Positions 52,980-64,000 of a stretch of DNA of 64,000 nt are shown here, piece after piece (position 1 is the stretch's first letter; each line of letters starts with the position of its first letter). Under the pieces are notes generated by a model, which did no database searches, was not told the origin of the DNA, and saw nothing but the letters and a program-made list of their open reading frames with translations. Source of the DNA: Paramoeba atlantica (Eukaryota > Protista > Discosea); the NCBI GenBank assembly GCA_977017575.1, contig CDRNVI010000040.1, forward strand, positions 682,001 to 746,000, given 5' to 3'. Position numbers and translations under genes: made by a program.

Positions 52980-54260
52980 AAAAAACTCCTAGACCGTTTT
53001 TTGAGAGTTTGGAGCCTTCTATACCTGTATACTCTTTGATTTCATTCGATATTTCTCCACTTTGTTCCGATAATACACCTACATAGTCCAAAATGTACCC
53101 GGAAGTGTGTGACACGCAAGGCCGATGAGGAAGGAGGAGGCGCAAGGAAAAAAGGCAGACGTATGAATCGAATTGAGTGACAAGATCACTAGTTTTTCAA
53201 CAATTCCGATGGGTATCCCCTGCCCCCCCCTCCCCACCAGGGTGATCATAGCAACTTTTTGAAAAGAAACTGAGAAAAAAAACTGAAAATTTATGGGTGA
53301 AAGTCTAAAAATATATTGTTCCCAAATCAACTCCTAGACCGTTTTTTTAGAGTTTGGAGCCTTCTATACCTGTATACTCTTTGATTTCATTCGATATTTC
53401 TCCACCTTGTTCCGATAATACACCTACATAGTCCAAAATTTACCCGGAAGTGTGTGACACGAAAAGGCCGATGAGGAAGGAGGAGGCGCGTGGGAAACAC
53501 TAAAGCGCCATAGGGAGCATTTTCGGATGGCTATGTAATCCAGGCTAAAGTGGACGAGGGAGATACTAAAGGCACCCTGGAAAACCCCCTCGAAACTGGA
53601 ACGGTATCTCCCGGTTTGTAGGTCATTCTGATGTGGCAAAGGGGTCTTTAACGGGTGATACCGTTCCAGTTTCGAGGGGGTTTTCCAGGGTGCCTTTAAT
53701 ATCTCCCTCGTCCACTTTAGCCTGGATTCGGAGACGTAATGTGGATTCGTCCATAGTCTTATCTTATTGAGGGAGATACTACTCCCTCGCTACCGTAGGT
53801 TAATTCGCCGTGCCCGATTTCGTGCCCGATTTGTGGCCCGATTTCGTGCCCGATATCGTTTCAGGTGAGTTTTCGAAAAAAATGTTTACAAAGACGTATG
53901 AATCGAATTTAATGACAAGATCACTAGTTATTCAACAATTCCGATGGGTACCCCCTGCCCCCCCCCCACCTCCCCACCAGGGTGACCATAGCAAATTTTG
54001 AAATTTTGCGAAAAAAACTGAAAATTTATGGGTGAAAGTCTAAAAATACGTTTTTCCCAAATCAACTCCTAGACTGTTTTTTGAAAGTTTGGGGCCTGAT
54101 ATACGTGTATACGCCTTGGTTTCACTCGATATTTCTCCACCTTGTTCTGGTAATACACCTAAAAAGTCCAAAATGTACCCGGAAGTGTGTGACACGCAAG
54201 GCCGTAGAGGAAGGAGGAGGCGCAAGGCAAAAACGCAGACATACGAATCGAATTGAGTGC
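52980..54260 (+). repeat. Further dispersed and partial 340-bp satellite monomers
   Basis: Same GACAAGATCACTAG...GTGTGTGACACG monomer at about 52980-53480 and 53900-54260. Confidence 0.85.
53537..53728. repeat. Fold-back module: 72-bp arms (71/72 complementary), 48-nt loop
   Basis: AATCCAGGCTAAAG...GGAACGGTATC / GATACCGTTCC...CTTTAGCCTGGATT. Confidence 0.9.
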
Positions 54261-54330
54261 GTTCTGCCTTTTTGCCGCGGCGACGACGACTTCCTTGCGT
54301 GGGAAACAGTAAATCGCCATAGGTATCATG

Positions 54331-54553
54331 TTCGGATGGCTATGTAAGCCAGGCTAAAGTGGACGAGGGAGATACTAGAGGCACCTTTGGAAAACCACCT
54401 CGAAACTGGAACGGTATCTCCCGGTTTGTAGAGCATTCTGATGTGGTAAAAGGGTCTCTAACGGGTGATACCGTTCAGTTTCGAGGTGGTTTTCCGAAGG
54501 TGCCTTTAGTATCTCCCTCGTCGACTTTAGCCTGGATTACATAGCCATCCGAA
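54331..54553. repeat. Second fold-back copy with ~88-bp arms
   Basis: TTCGGATGGCTATGTAA...GGTATC / GATACC...TTACATAGCCATCCGAA. Confidence 0.9.
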
Positions 54554-56815
54554 AAAAAGATTACACAGCCATCCAAAAAAAAACATTCGCCTGGAAAACG
54601 GAAAGATTATAGCCAAAAATAGCCGAATATCGGGTAAAAATGGGGTGATTTTCGCGTATTTTTGCTCTCAGAGCACTAAATCCGACATTTGCGCGTGGGA
54701 AATCACTCGTAGGCATGAATGGAAGCCTACCGAACGTATTGGGTAGAGAATGCGACTCCAACCATACCATTCTTTCGACACAAAAATGCCCCTTGTTGTC
54801 CGAAAAATACTTTTTCACCTTTTTTAGTCAAAAATGGGTCATTTTGAGGGGCGCACCACGGTTAGAAGAAGGGATACCTTGCGAAAACAACTACCGAGAA
54901 AGCTAGTGCTAGGTCCCAAACTATCAAAATACAATAGGGGAAACGATTTTGGAAAAATATTTGTTTTGCCATTTTTTTTCGCCAAGTTGAATTTTTTTTC
55001 AATTTTTTTTCCGAAAATGTTCGAACTCGGCGGACCCATCCTGCGGATACGGGGGGGTGTCACCCCCGGGTAGGAGGGTGGAAAATGCGCGCCAAGACCC
55101 CGGCTACCCTTTATGCGGTTTTGTTCGAAAACTAATTTTTTCGAAAAAATTTGCTCGAAAAAGAAGTCTGATTTAACCAATGCAGGCAATCCCAATGATT
55201 ATGAATATCTTTTTTGCCATTTTTTTCGCCAAGTTGAACTCTTTTTCAAAAACAAAATTCGAAAAAATTCGAACTCGGCGGACCCATCCTGCGGATACGC
55301 AGGGGGGTCACCCCCGGGTAGGGGGCAGGAAAATGCGCGCCAGGACCCCGGCTACCCTTTATGCGGTTTTGTTTCGAAACAAAATTGCTCGACCATGACC
55401 CCCCCATGGACCCTCCATGTTTTTCAAAACTTTTTGTCAGTTTTGGACCACCGGAGCCCCCTTTTATATATTTTTCTTCTATTGAGGGAGATACTACTCC
55501 CTCGCTACCGTAGGTTAATTGTGGTGGTTGTAAAACTACCGCTCTACCCTCGATTATTGAAAAAAAAGTGAACAAAAACAGTGAAAATATAAAGGGGAAC
55601 ACAGTAATATAATAGAAGAAAAAAATATAAAAGGGGGCTCCGGTGGTCCAAAACTTAAAAAAAAATTGAAATTCTATTATATTACTGTGTTCCCCTTTAT
55701 ATTTTTACTGTCTTTGTTCACTTTTTTTTCAATAATCGAGGGTAGAGCGGTAGTTCTACAACCACCACAATTAACCTACGGTAGCGAGGGAGTAGTATCT
55801 CCCTCAATAGAAGAAAAATATATAAAAGGGGGCTCCGGTGGTCCAAAACTGACAAAAAATTTTGAAAAACATGGGGGGTCCATGGGGGGGTCATGGTCGA
55901 GCAATTTTGTTTCGAAACAAAACCGCAGAAAGGGTAGCCGGGGTCTTGGCTCGCATTTTCCACCCTCCTACCCGGGGGTGACCCCCCCCCGCGTATCCGC
56001 AGGACGGGTGCGCCAAGTCTGGATTTTTTCGGAAAAAAAAAATTGTAAAAAAATTCAACTTGGCGAAAAAAATGACAAAAAAATATTTTTCCAAAATCGT
56101 TTCCCCTATTGTATTTTGATAGTTTGGAACCTACACTAGCTTTCTCCGCAGTTGTTTTCGCAAGGTATCCCTTCTTAGAACCGTGGTGCGCCCCTCAAAA
56201 TGACCCATTTTTGACTAAAAAAGGTGAAAAAGTATTTTTCGGACCTAAAGGAGCATTTTTGTGTCGAAAGAATGGTATGGTTGGAGTCGCATTCTCTACC
56301 CAATACGTTCGGTAGGCTTCCATTCATGCCTACGAGTGATTTCCCACGCGCAAATGTCGGATTTAGTGCTCTGAGAGCAAAAATGCGCGAAAATCACCCC
56401 ATTTTTACCCGATATTCGGCTATTTTTGGCTATAATCTTTTCGTTTTCCAGGCTAAATTTTCTTTTTTAGTCTCTTCGTTAAACGCGGTGGTGGTTTTCA
56501 ACGCGAAGAGTGCAGCATGAGTGACTTCTAAGTTGAAAACAACCACCGCGTTTAACGAAGAGCCTAATTGAAAAAAAAGGGAACAAAAACAGTGAAAATG
56601 TAAAGAGGAGCACAGTAATATAATAGAAGAAAGAAATATAAAAGTGGGCTCCGGTGGTCCAAAACTGAAAAAAAAAATTGAAAAAAATGGGGGGTCCATG
56701 GGGGTCCATGGGGGGGTCCATGGGGGAGGTCCAGGGGGGGTCCAGGGGGGGGGGGGGGGGCAGGGGGAACACCATCAATAGTGTCGTATGACAAATCGTC
56801 TGACACAAAAAAGAA

Positions 56816-57101
56816 ATCCAAATCATTCCGGATTGCTCCGGATGGTCACTGGCAAGCCAGACCCTTCACAGACAGATTTGGAAGTTCCGAGACTGACGTC
56901 CTCTACCAGTTTCCGCTTTTCCAAGGCGGCACCAACATGCTGTTGCCAACACGCTGCGTCGACGAACTGTACGTCAACACGGCTTACTCAAGAGGTGTAA
57001 GACGGGTAAGGGAGCTGGTTCACTGAGGGGAGGGTCCGGGACGGTCCTCCGAGTACTGGGCCTAGACGGTTCTCAGCCCAGCCTCTTAGAGTGAGGCCGC
57101 C
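56816..57101 (-). mobile_element. SINE family A, headless copy (duplicate of 41467-41752)
   Basis: Inside the inverted duplication. Confidence 0.8.
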
Positions 57102-57103
57102 TC

Positions 57104-57716
57104 TTAGACTTCGGCATTCGCATCACTATAATCCCCCACTCTTTTTTTGAATCCACGGTTCCGGTGTTGGTTTCCCATGTTGCGGTTAATTAACTTTTGG
57201 TAGTGGTCAATCCCCGTTTTACGAATTTCATAAACCGCTCTCCGTGATATACCATATTTTTGTTCTATTTGCTTTACAGAACTTTGAGATCTGCAAATTT
57301 CTCGTTTCTCGAATATAGTAAGTTCAGTACGCTGTCGTTTTTCCTGAACTGTTACCGTCGGGGTGTTGTTAATAATAAGGGATGTGCGCTCCCCTACTTG
57401 CGGTTGGGGAGGGAGATTCCGAAGCCAAGTGGTCAGAGGTCCACGCATAGAGTGAACTGTGGTCGGAACTCCGTCAGTATCTGACATAAGGGTGAAAAGT
57501 ACGGGAGAAAGAGAGGAACAAGTATACAAATATATATTATCTCCACACACTAAATGCACATCAGAGGCTTAAAAGAGCACAAAGCCCTTTGAAGAGATTG
57601 GGTAAAAATAGGCAAAACATCTGCTCTCAAAAAAACGCTCCGAAAATTCAATATGGAATTTGTGCATATTAAGGGGGGGGGAGGGAAGGGGGTGCATATT
57701 AAATGGGGGGTCACAG
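57104..57716 (-). pseudogene. pogo-type transposon 5' end (duplicate of 40854-41464)
   Basis: Identical 151-aa translation. Confidence 0.6.
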
Positions 57717-57839
57717 TATCAGAAACAATGGTTCACACTGCACAAAAACTATCGAGAAAAGGAGCATCGACACCACAAACGCAATTAATGACAGAACAGC
57801 GATGAAATTTAATACGGAAACAAAATCGTCTTAAACTTC

Positions 57840-59290
57840 GGGATTTCGCGACTTGTTTCTGAAAAGCAGAAAACCAGACCACTTCAAAGAAGTTCTAAAA
57901 AAGCACGGAACAGAAATTGAGGCACAAATTCAAAAAGAATGTTCCGAGATTGAATATGGTTTAAGGAAAAATCGGTCTAATCTGTGGCGCACGCTGCGGA
58001 GGGTTTGCGGTTCATACAGGGACACATTTCGCATAGAGACCTCATCGACGAGAGAGACACTTCATATTGTGAAGGATTTCTTTGCGCGTATGGGCTCGGA
58101 TGATCGTGGAGATAAAAACATTACCTTCGAAGCGGTGACCTCCATTAAAATACCGATAAATGATGATATTTTTTCCATGGAAGAGCTAGAAGATGGAATA
58201 AGCCGGCTCGCGCGCAAGGAATGGGCGCCTGGAATAGATCAAATTCCTGCGGAAGTACTTGCGATTATCACGGAACACAAGGATCTGAGAAACGTAATGT
58301 TAAATATCATCAATGAAGTTCACCGTAAAGGAGTTTCGCCCGAGTCCTGGAAGGTAGTACTTCAGGTTCCTATTCCTAAAAAAGGCGACCTGACACAAAT
58401 TTCGAACTGGCGATCAATCTGCCTCGTCAATAGCGAGGTAAAATTAATGAACGCAATGATTCTTCGAAGAATGAGACCAGCCATTGAACCGCTTCTAAGG
58501 GATAGTCAATTCGGATTTCGCCCGGAAAGGTCCACAGCAGGAGCGCAGAAAATACTTAATGATGTGAAGATAAGGTCGTCACGCAACAAGAGGAGGGTCG
58601 CAGTTGCATTCATGGATTTTGCTAAAGCTTTTCCTTCGGTATCTTTTTATGCAATCCGTGCTGCTCTTAAAGCTTTTCACGTCGGACCAGCGATCACTAG
58701 TATGATAATGTCACTGTATTCCAATCTAAGAGGCATAGCCCAAACACCGTACGGCAATACGGATTCTTTCCCTATTGAAACAGGAATTCTCCAGGGAGAC
58801 GTTCTTGCTCCTAATTTGTTTGTGCTTGTTATTGAAAGAATTCTTCACAAAGCGATCGATAACAAACCTCCAGGGATTCTGTTGAGGAGCAGCGGGACAA
58901 AAAGTAAGGGAATTCAAGAATTTCGATTGAAGGACATTTATTACGCAGACGATATTGCTCTCCTGGCGGAGACAAAACATGAAATATCCGAAATGATAGA
59001 AGCTACGGCTAATGAAGCACAATATGCCAATCTAAGGGTTGCTGTGGGAAAACATAAGACTGCGTGGATGGCCTTCGGGAAGGTTCCCGGGGGAACAAGA
59101 GAACTTCGGGCGGGATAAATGGGAAAGATTACTCTCGTGGATTCCTACCTACATCTTGGTCACCTTCAAGATGTTACGGCAGCATCCCCCATCAAAGATC
59201 GACTGAGATGAACATGGGCAGCGTTTCGCAAGCTTAATGGAATCTGGGCCTCACCACTGAGTGCTGCTACGAAATAGCGCCTGTTTGATT
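57840..59290 (+). pseudogene. RTE-type RT fragment, open for 421 codons, then frameshift and stops; truncated at both ends
   Basis: APGID, WRSICL, QFGFRPERST, DFAKAFPSV, GILQGDVLAP, YADD; decayed tail reads DRLR*TWAAFRKLNGIWASPLSAATK*RLF. Confidence 0.9.
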
Positions 59291-61074
59291 TAGGCTCTTC
59301 GTTAAACGCGGTGGTTGTTTTCAACTTAGAAGTCACTCATGCTGCACTCTTCGCGTTGAAAACCACCACCGCGTTTAACGAAGAGACTAAAAAAGAAAAT
59401 TTAGCCTGGAAAACGGAAAGATTATAGCCAAAAATAGCCGAATATCGGGTAAAAATGGGGTCATTTTTGGATATTTTTGCTCTCAGAGCACTAAATCCGA
59501 CATTTGCGCGTGGGAAATCACTCGTAGGCATGAATGGAAGCCTACCGAACGTATTGGGTAGAGAATGCGACTCCAACCATACCATTCTTTCGACACAAAA
59601 ATGCCCCTTGTTGTCCGAAAAATACTTTTTCACCTTTTTTAGTCAAAAATGGGTCATTTTGAGTGGCGCACCACGGTTCGAAGAAGGGATACCTTGCGAA
59701 AACAACTACCGAGAAAGCTAGTGTAGGTCCCAAACTATCAAAATACAATAGGGGAAACGATTTTGGAAAAATATTTGTTTTGCCATTTTTTTCGCCAAGT
59801 TGAATTTTTTTTCAAATTTTTTTTCCGAAAATGTTCGAACTCGGCGGACCCGTCCTGCGGATACGGGGGGGGTCACCCCCGGGTAGGGGTGTGGAAAATG
59901 CGCGCCAAGACCCCGGCTACCCTTTCTGCGATTTTTTTCGAAAACTAATTTTTTCGAAATAATTTGCTCGACCATGACCGCCTGGATCCCCCCCCGTGGA
60001 CCCTCCCCTGGACCCCCCCCTGGACCCCCCCATGGACCCCCCATTTTTTTCAAATTTTTGTTTGAATTTTGGACCACGGGAGCCCCCTTTTATATTTTTT
60101 TCTTCTATTATATTACTGTGTTCCTCTTTATATTTTCACTGTTTTTGTTCACAAATACATGAAAATCACCCCATTTTCATCTCTACCCAATACGTTCGGT
60201 AGTCTTCCATTCATGCCTACGTAGTGATTTCCCACGCGCAAATGTCGGATTTAGTGCTCTGAGAGCAAAAATACGTGAAAATCACCCCATTTTTACCCGA
60301 AATTCGGCTATTTTTGGCTATAATCTTTCCGTTTTTCAGGCTAAATTTTCTTTTTTAGGCTCTTCGTTAAACGCGGTGGTGGTTTTCAACTCGGAGAGCG
60401 TAGCATGTGTGACTTCTAAGTTGAAAACAACCACCGCGTTTAACGAAGAGGCTAAAAAGGAAAATTGAAAAAAAAGTGAACAAAAAAAGTGAAAATATAA
60501 AGAGGAACACATTAATATAATAGAAGGAAAATATATAAAAGGGGGCTCCGGTGGTCCAAAACTGAAAAAAAGATTTGAAAAAAATGGGGGGTCCATGGGG
60601 GGGGGTCCAAGGGGGGGGTCCAGGGGGGGTGTCATGGTCGAGCAATTTTTTTCGCAAAAATTAGTTTTCGAAACAATACCGCAGAAGGGGTAGCCGGGGT
60701 CTTGGCGCGCATTTTACACCCCCCTACCCGGGGGTGACCCCCCTGCGTATCCGCAGGACGGCTCCGCCAAGTTCGGATTTTTTCGGAAAAAAAATTTTGA
60801 AAAAAAATTCAACTTGGCGAAAAAAATGGCAAAAAAGATATTTTTCCAAAATCGTTTCCCCTATTGTATTTTGATAGTTTGGGACCTACACTAGCTTTTT
60901 ACCCGAAATTCGGCCATTTTTGGCTGTAATCTTTTCGTTTTCCAGGCTTAATTTTCTTTTTTAGGCTCTTCGTTAAACGCGGTGGTGGTTTTCAACTCGG
61001 AGAGCGTAGCATAAGTGACTTCTAAGTTGAAAACAACCACCGCGTTTAACGAAGAGCCTAAAAAAGAAAATTAT

Positions 61075-64000
61075 TAAGTTGTCAAGTTATTATTAAGCTT
61101 CAACAATTTAATATTATTCCGTCCCCCGGTTTAGAAGCCCCGCTCCACTACGACATTCCTTGGTGATTCTTATTGAGCGGACGGATGCACCTATGTTAAT
61201 ATGAGCTTCTTTATCTTTATTAGGAAATGGGTCACTACCTTCCTCCAAGAATTGTAAATCATATGAGTTTTCTTTTTCGACAGCACGCTTACAGAGACTC
61301 TTCCATTGTGATGTTTTAACGCGAGTATAATCCGGCAGTAGCTCGAGTGTGTGATGCAAAGTATCACAGAGTTTTCGCCAGTGATCGCAATCTTGGGAGT
61401 ATACTAGAGCCTCTTCCAGAGTTATCCCTAAGTCCCTAATGCATGTCTCAGCTGGTGACATAGTGCGTGACGTTTCTCGGGACTTCCATTTCATGAGGTG
61501 CTTAAAAGTCAAGGAATGTCGGAGGATATGGCCAACAAGCTTTGCGCGGCTCACGCGGTGTACGGTTGAGAACTGCGGCGTTCCACAATACAGAGACTCC
61601 AGTGGGTAACAGTGCTCAAATTCACCCAGCTTCGCGCATTGACAAGCGAATCTCCGCATCAAATTGATTTCAACCTCAATTGAGCGAATCATGGAATTAG
61701 GGATCGTTATAGCAGCTGCTCCAAATGTGAGTATGGGGTATACCAGGCAGTCAAATAATCGTAATTTTGTCGCCGCGCTCAGTGGGGATTCCCAAATTCC
61801 TTTGAGTTTCCGAAACCCTGCCCACGTTAGTCGAAGCCTATCTTGCACAGAGGAGGAATCATTGTACGCGTCTTGCATATTCCCTAAGTAACGGTATTTG
61901 TCGACATATGGCATCTTGCCGAAAAAGTTAGTACGTAGATCGCGCGTCCCACCAGGAATTTTTCCAAAAGCCAACCAAGCAGTTTTATTCTGGCCAACAG
62001 CGATGTGTAAATTAGCTTGTTTCGCTTCCTGTGCGGTAGAGTCAATCATCTTTGAAAGTTCACCCTTTGTGGGGGCCAGCAGGGCAATGCCATCAGCATA
62101 GTTAATATCCCGCAACCTCAACTCTTTGACTCCCCTGCTTTTGGTTCCGCTTGTTTCAAGAATAAGACCCAAGGGTTTCGTATCTAGAGCTCTACATAGA
62201 ATGCGACCCACCACAAGCACGAAGAGATATGGCGCTAACACATCACCCTGGAGAATACCAGTTTTAATTGGAAAGCCATCCGTATTCCCGTTTGGCGTGC
62301 GAACAATCCCATTCAAACCGGTATAGATTGACATGACGGTTCTAGTAATCAAGGGTCCTACATGAAAAGCACGGAGTGCAGCTCTAATTGCCTGAAAAGA
62401 AACTGATGGGAAGGCTTTAGCAAAGTCAAGAAACGCCACGGCAATTCCCGATTTATCTCTGGATGCTCGAGTCTTCGTTTCATTAAACAACAGCTGTGCC
62501 CCTGCAGTCGATCGTTCTGGTCGAAAACCAAATTGAGTCTCCCGAAGCACTGATTCAATCGAAGGCCGAATGCGCTGCAATATCATACTATTCATCAGTT
62601 TGACCACGCTGTTGACAAGGCATATGGGGCGCCAATTATTGATTTGAGTGAGATCACTCTTTTTCGGAATTGGAACCTGTAGCACATTCTTCCAACAATC
62701 TGGAGCAACACCAGTTTCTGAAACATTATTGATAAGATCAAGGAGTGTGCGCCGTAATTCTCCGTGTTCCACCATTATACTAAGCACTTCGGCGGCTATT
62801 TCATCAATTCCAGGGGCTTTATTTCTTGCTAGCCTAGAGGCTCCAATCTGAAGCTCTTCTTCGGTAAATAATTCATCTCTTATTGGAATCAATGATTTCC
62901 TCGCCTCGTCGAATTCGATGTCCGGGTTTCCCTGATCGTCGTTTCCTATGTTTGAAAAGAAATCGCGAACCACTTTCAAAGTCTCGTTCGTCGATGTAGT
63001 GTTAATACATAGGGTGTCGCGGTAAATGCCACATATGTTCCGCAATGTTCTCCACGGGTTTGCCCTGTTAGACCGAAGCCCTTTCTCTATCTCTGCACAC
63101 TCCCGAGAAATTTGATCCTCGATATACTTCCCATGTGTTTCAACAAGTGTCTTGAAGTGTTCTGGTTTCCTGCTTTTCTGAAAGACACGTCGGAACTTCA
63201 TCTCTTCTTTTGTCTCGTTTGAAAAGTGCACTTTATCGCAAGGATCTTCTTGGAAAGTCTTTAGTTCATCGCTCTTGGACATCTTTTTGCATACGCTTTT
63301 CATAGTGTCAGATATCGTTTCCCAAGTTACAACAGGTTCCTTTTGTATTGCCTCCCAAACTTTTTGCTGGAAAGTGACTCGATTCTTTTCATCACGTAAT
63401 TTTATCCATGGAATCCAAGACGATCCTCGCTTACGCCCAGAGCGCCATTTGATATCAACAGTTGCCATAACTACACAATGTGTAGTTGGTATCGGTGACT
63501 TCAGAACTTTATGCCCGCATAGGCTGGAAGAAAACCTGTCACCAACTAGAATGTGATCGAGTTGTCTCTTCACATCTCCTGTCAAAAGCTTGTTCGTCTC
63601 GGGGTACTTGCCACTATCAAGCTGTTTACCAATTTCTACAAAATCTGATTTACAGTTCTCGGAATTATTTCTGGATCCTATTAAATTCATAGATGTATGT
63701 TCCTTATGTTTGCTAATACCAGAGGGTCCTTTCGAGATTGATTTCATTCTGCTGAGCAGTTTTTCTTTCTTCCTCCTACAAGGAAGCTCACACGTCCATT
63801 TTCTTCGGATTGGGCAGATAGAATGTGCTGACTTGCAACCTATTGCCTTTTCGCGCGGTACGTCCAACAACAGTCCCTTTCAATTTGTAGCTCTCTGAAT
63901 TCTGCCGAAACCCCCACTCTATTACGCATTCAGTGCCTTTCCCCCATTTCGCTACGGTGTTGTGAACTTGATCTGCTGATTTTGTACTGTTGTTTAGCAT
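61075..64000 (-). mobile_element. RTE-clade non-LTR retrotransposon (decayed APE plus RT), running off the window end
   Basis: Single long ORF, short AT-rich 3' tail with TAA repeats, no RNase H seen; upstream frame has RLQVSTFYLP (APE-like). Confidence 0.85.
61114..63870 (-). CDS. 918-codon APE-C-terminus/reverse transcriptase ORF, probably catalytically dead (YADG)
   Basis: RQLDHILV, KAPGIDEI, WRPICL, QFGFRP, DFAKAF, GILQGD, NYADGIALL, YRYLG; non-ATG start in the track. Confidence 0.85.
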   Translation of the reverse strand: MLDVPREKAIGCKSAHSICPIRRKWTCELPCRRKKEKLLSRMKSISKGPSGISKHKEHTSMNLIGSRNNSENCKSDFVEIGKQLDSGKYPETNKLLTGDVKRQLDHILVGDRFSSSLCGHKVLKSPIPTTHCVVMATVDIKWRSGRKRGSSWIPWIKLRDEKNRVTFQQKVWEAIQKEPVVTWETISDTMKSVCKKMSKSDELKTFQEDPCDKVHFSNETKEEMKFRRVFQKSRKPEHFKTLVETHGKYIEDQISRECAEIEKGLRSNRANPWRTLRNICGIYRDTLCINTTSTNETLKVVRDFFSNIGNDDQGNPDIEFDEARKSLIPIRDELFTEEELQIGASRLARNKAPGIDEIAAEVLSIMVEHGELRRTLLDLINNVSETGVAPDCWKNVLQVPIPKKSDLTQINNWRPICLVNSVVKLMNSMILQRIRPSIESVLRETQFGFRPERSTAGAQLLFNETKTRASRDKSGIAVAFLDFAKAFPSVSFQAIRAALRAFHVGPLITRTVMSIYTGLNGIVRTPNGNTDGFPIKTGILQGDVLAPYLFVLVVGRILCRALDTKPLGLILETSGTKSRGVKELRLRDINYADGIALLAPTKGELSKMIDSTAQEAKQANLHIAVGQNKTAWLAFGKIPGGTRDLRTNFFGKMPYVDKYRYLGNMQDAYNDSSSVQDRLRLTWAGFRKLKGIWESPLSAATKLRLFDCLVYPILTFGAAAITIPNSMIRSIEVEINLMRRFACQCAKLGEFEHCYPLESLYCGTPQFSTVHRVSRAKLVGHILRHSLTFKHLMKWKSRETSRTMSPAETCIRDLGITLEEALVYSQDCDHWRKLCDTLHHTLELLPDYTRVKTSQWKSLCKRAVEKENSYDLQFLEEGSDPFPNKDKEAHINIGASVRSIRITKECRSGAGLLNRGTE

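Larger units (their letters stand above)
56261..59620. repeat. Right arm of the inverted duplication
   Basis: Reverse complement of 38950-42306 with few differences. Confidence 0.9.
33950..61075. repeat. Mosaic of a dispersed modular repeat family in both orientations
   Basis: Modules such as GGGTCACCCCCGGGTAGGGG-TGGAAAATGCGCGCCAAGACCCCGGCTACCC and AACCACCGCGTTTAACGAAGAGCCTAA recur about ten times; they give rise to the repeated MKKYFSD-type ORFs. Confidence 0.9.

Noticed and set aside
34000-61000. Dozens of recurring small ORFs (MKKYFSD..., MDPPFF..., MTRSLVF...)
   Set aside because: Translations of non-coding repeat modules; frames differ between copies and no domain motifs are present.
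1-64000. Spliced-leader RNA, rRNA, intact tRNA or TTAGGG telomeric arrays
   Set aside because: None recognised by eye; the tRNA-like sequences all have broken stems.

Overview
Eukaryotic (protist) nuclear DNA in two very different halves. (1) About 1-33 kb: 17 intron-less host genes, all on the + strand, several preceded by pyrimidine-rich tracts. They are seven divergent LRR proteins, an N6AMT1/HemK2 methyltransferase, a Plus3-RING protein, TRAPPC4/Trs23, V-ATPase subunit c, a J-domain protein, PTH2, a tandem HMG-box protein, a UBE2G-type E2 with a mucin-like N-terminus, a 1934-aa pentafunctional AROM and a dual-specificity phosphatase. This layout suggests a kinetoplastid-style polycistronic cluster (inference; a Perkinsela-like prokinetoplastid is plausible but unproven). 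(2) About 26.4-64 kb, dense from 33 kb: a transposon/satellite patchwork. It holds a Tc1-type transposon with TIRs nested in a MITE, at least six other TA-flanked MITE families, pogo, hAT-like and Pif1/Helitron-like relics, three RTE-type LINE lineages, two tRNA-headed SINE families sharing a conserved core, a 681-bp dimeric higher-order satellite, long hairpin modules, and a ~3.3-kb inverted duplication bracketing 14 kb. The most unusual signal is a recurring C(+A)-rich to G(+T)-rich strand-skew switch centred inside several genes. It acts at synonymous sites and coincides with low-complexity protein segments. All calls come from motif recognition by eye; no database searches were run.
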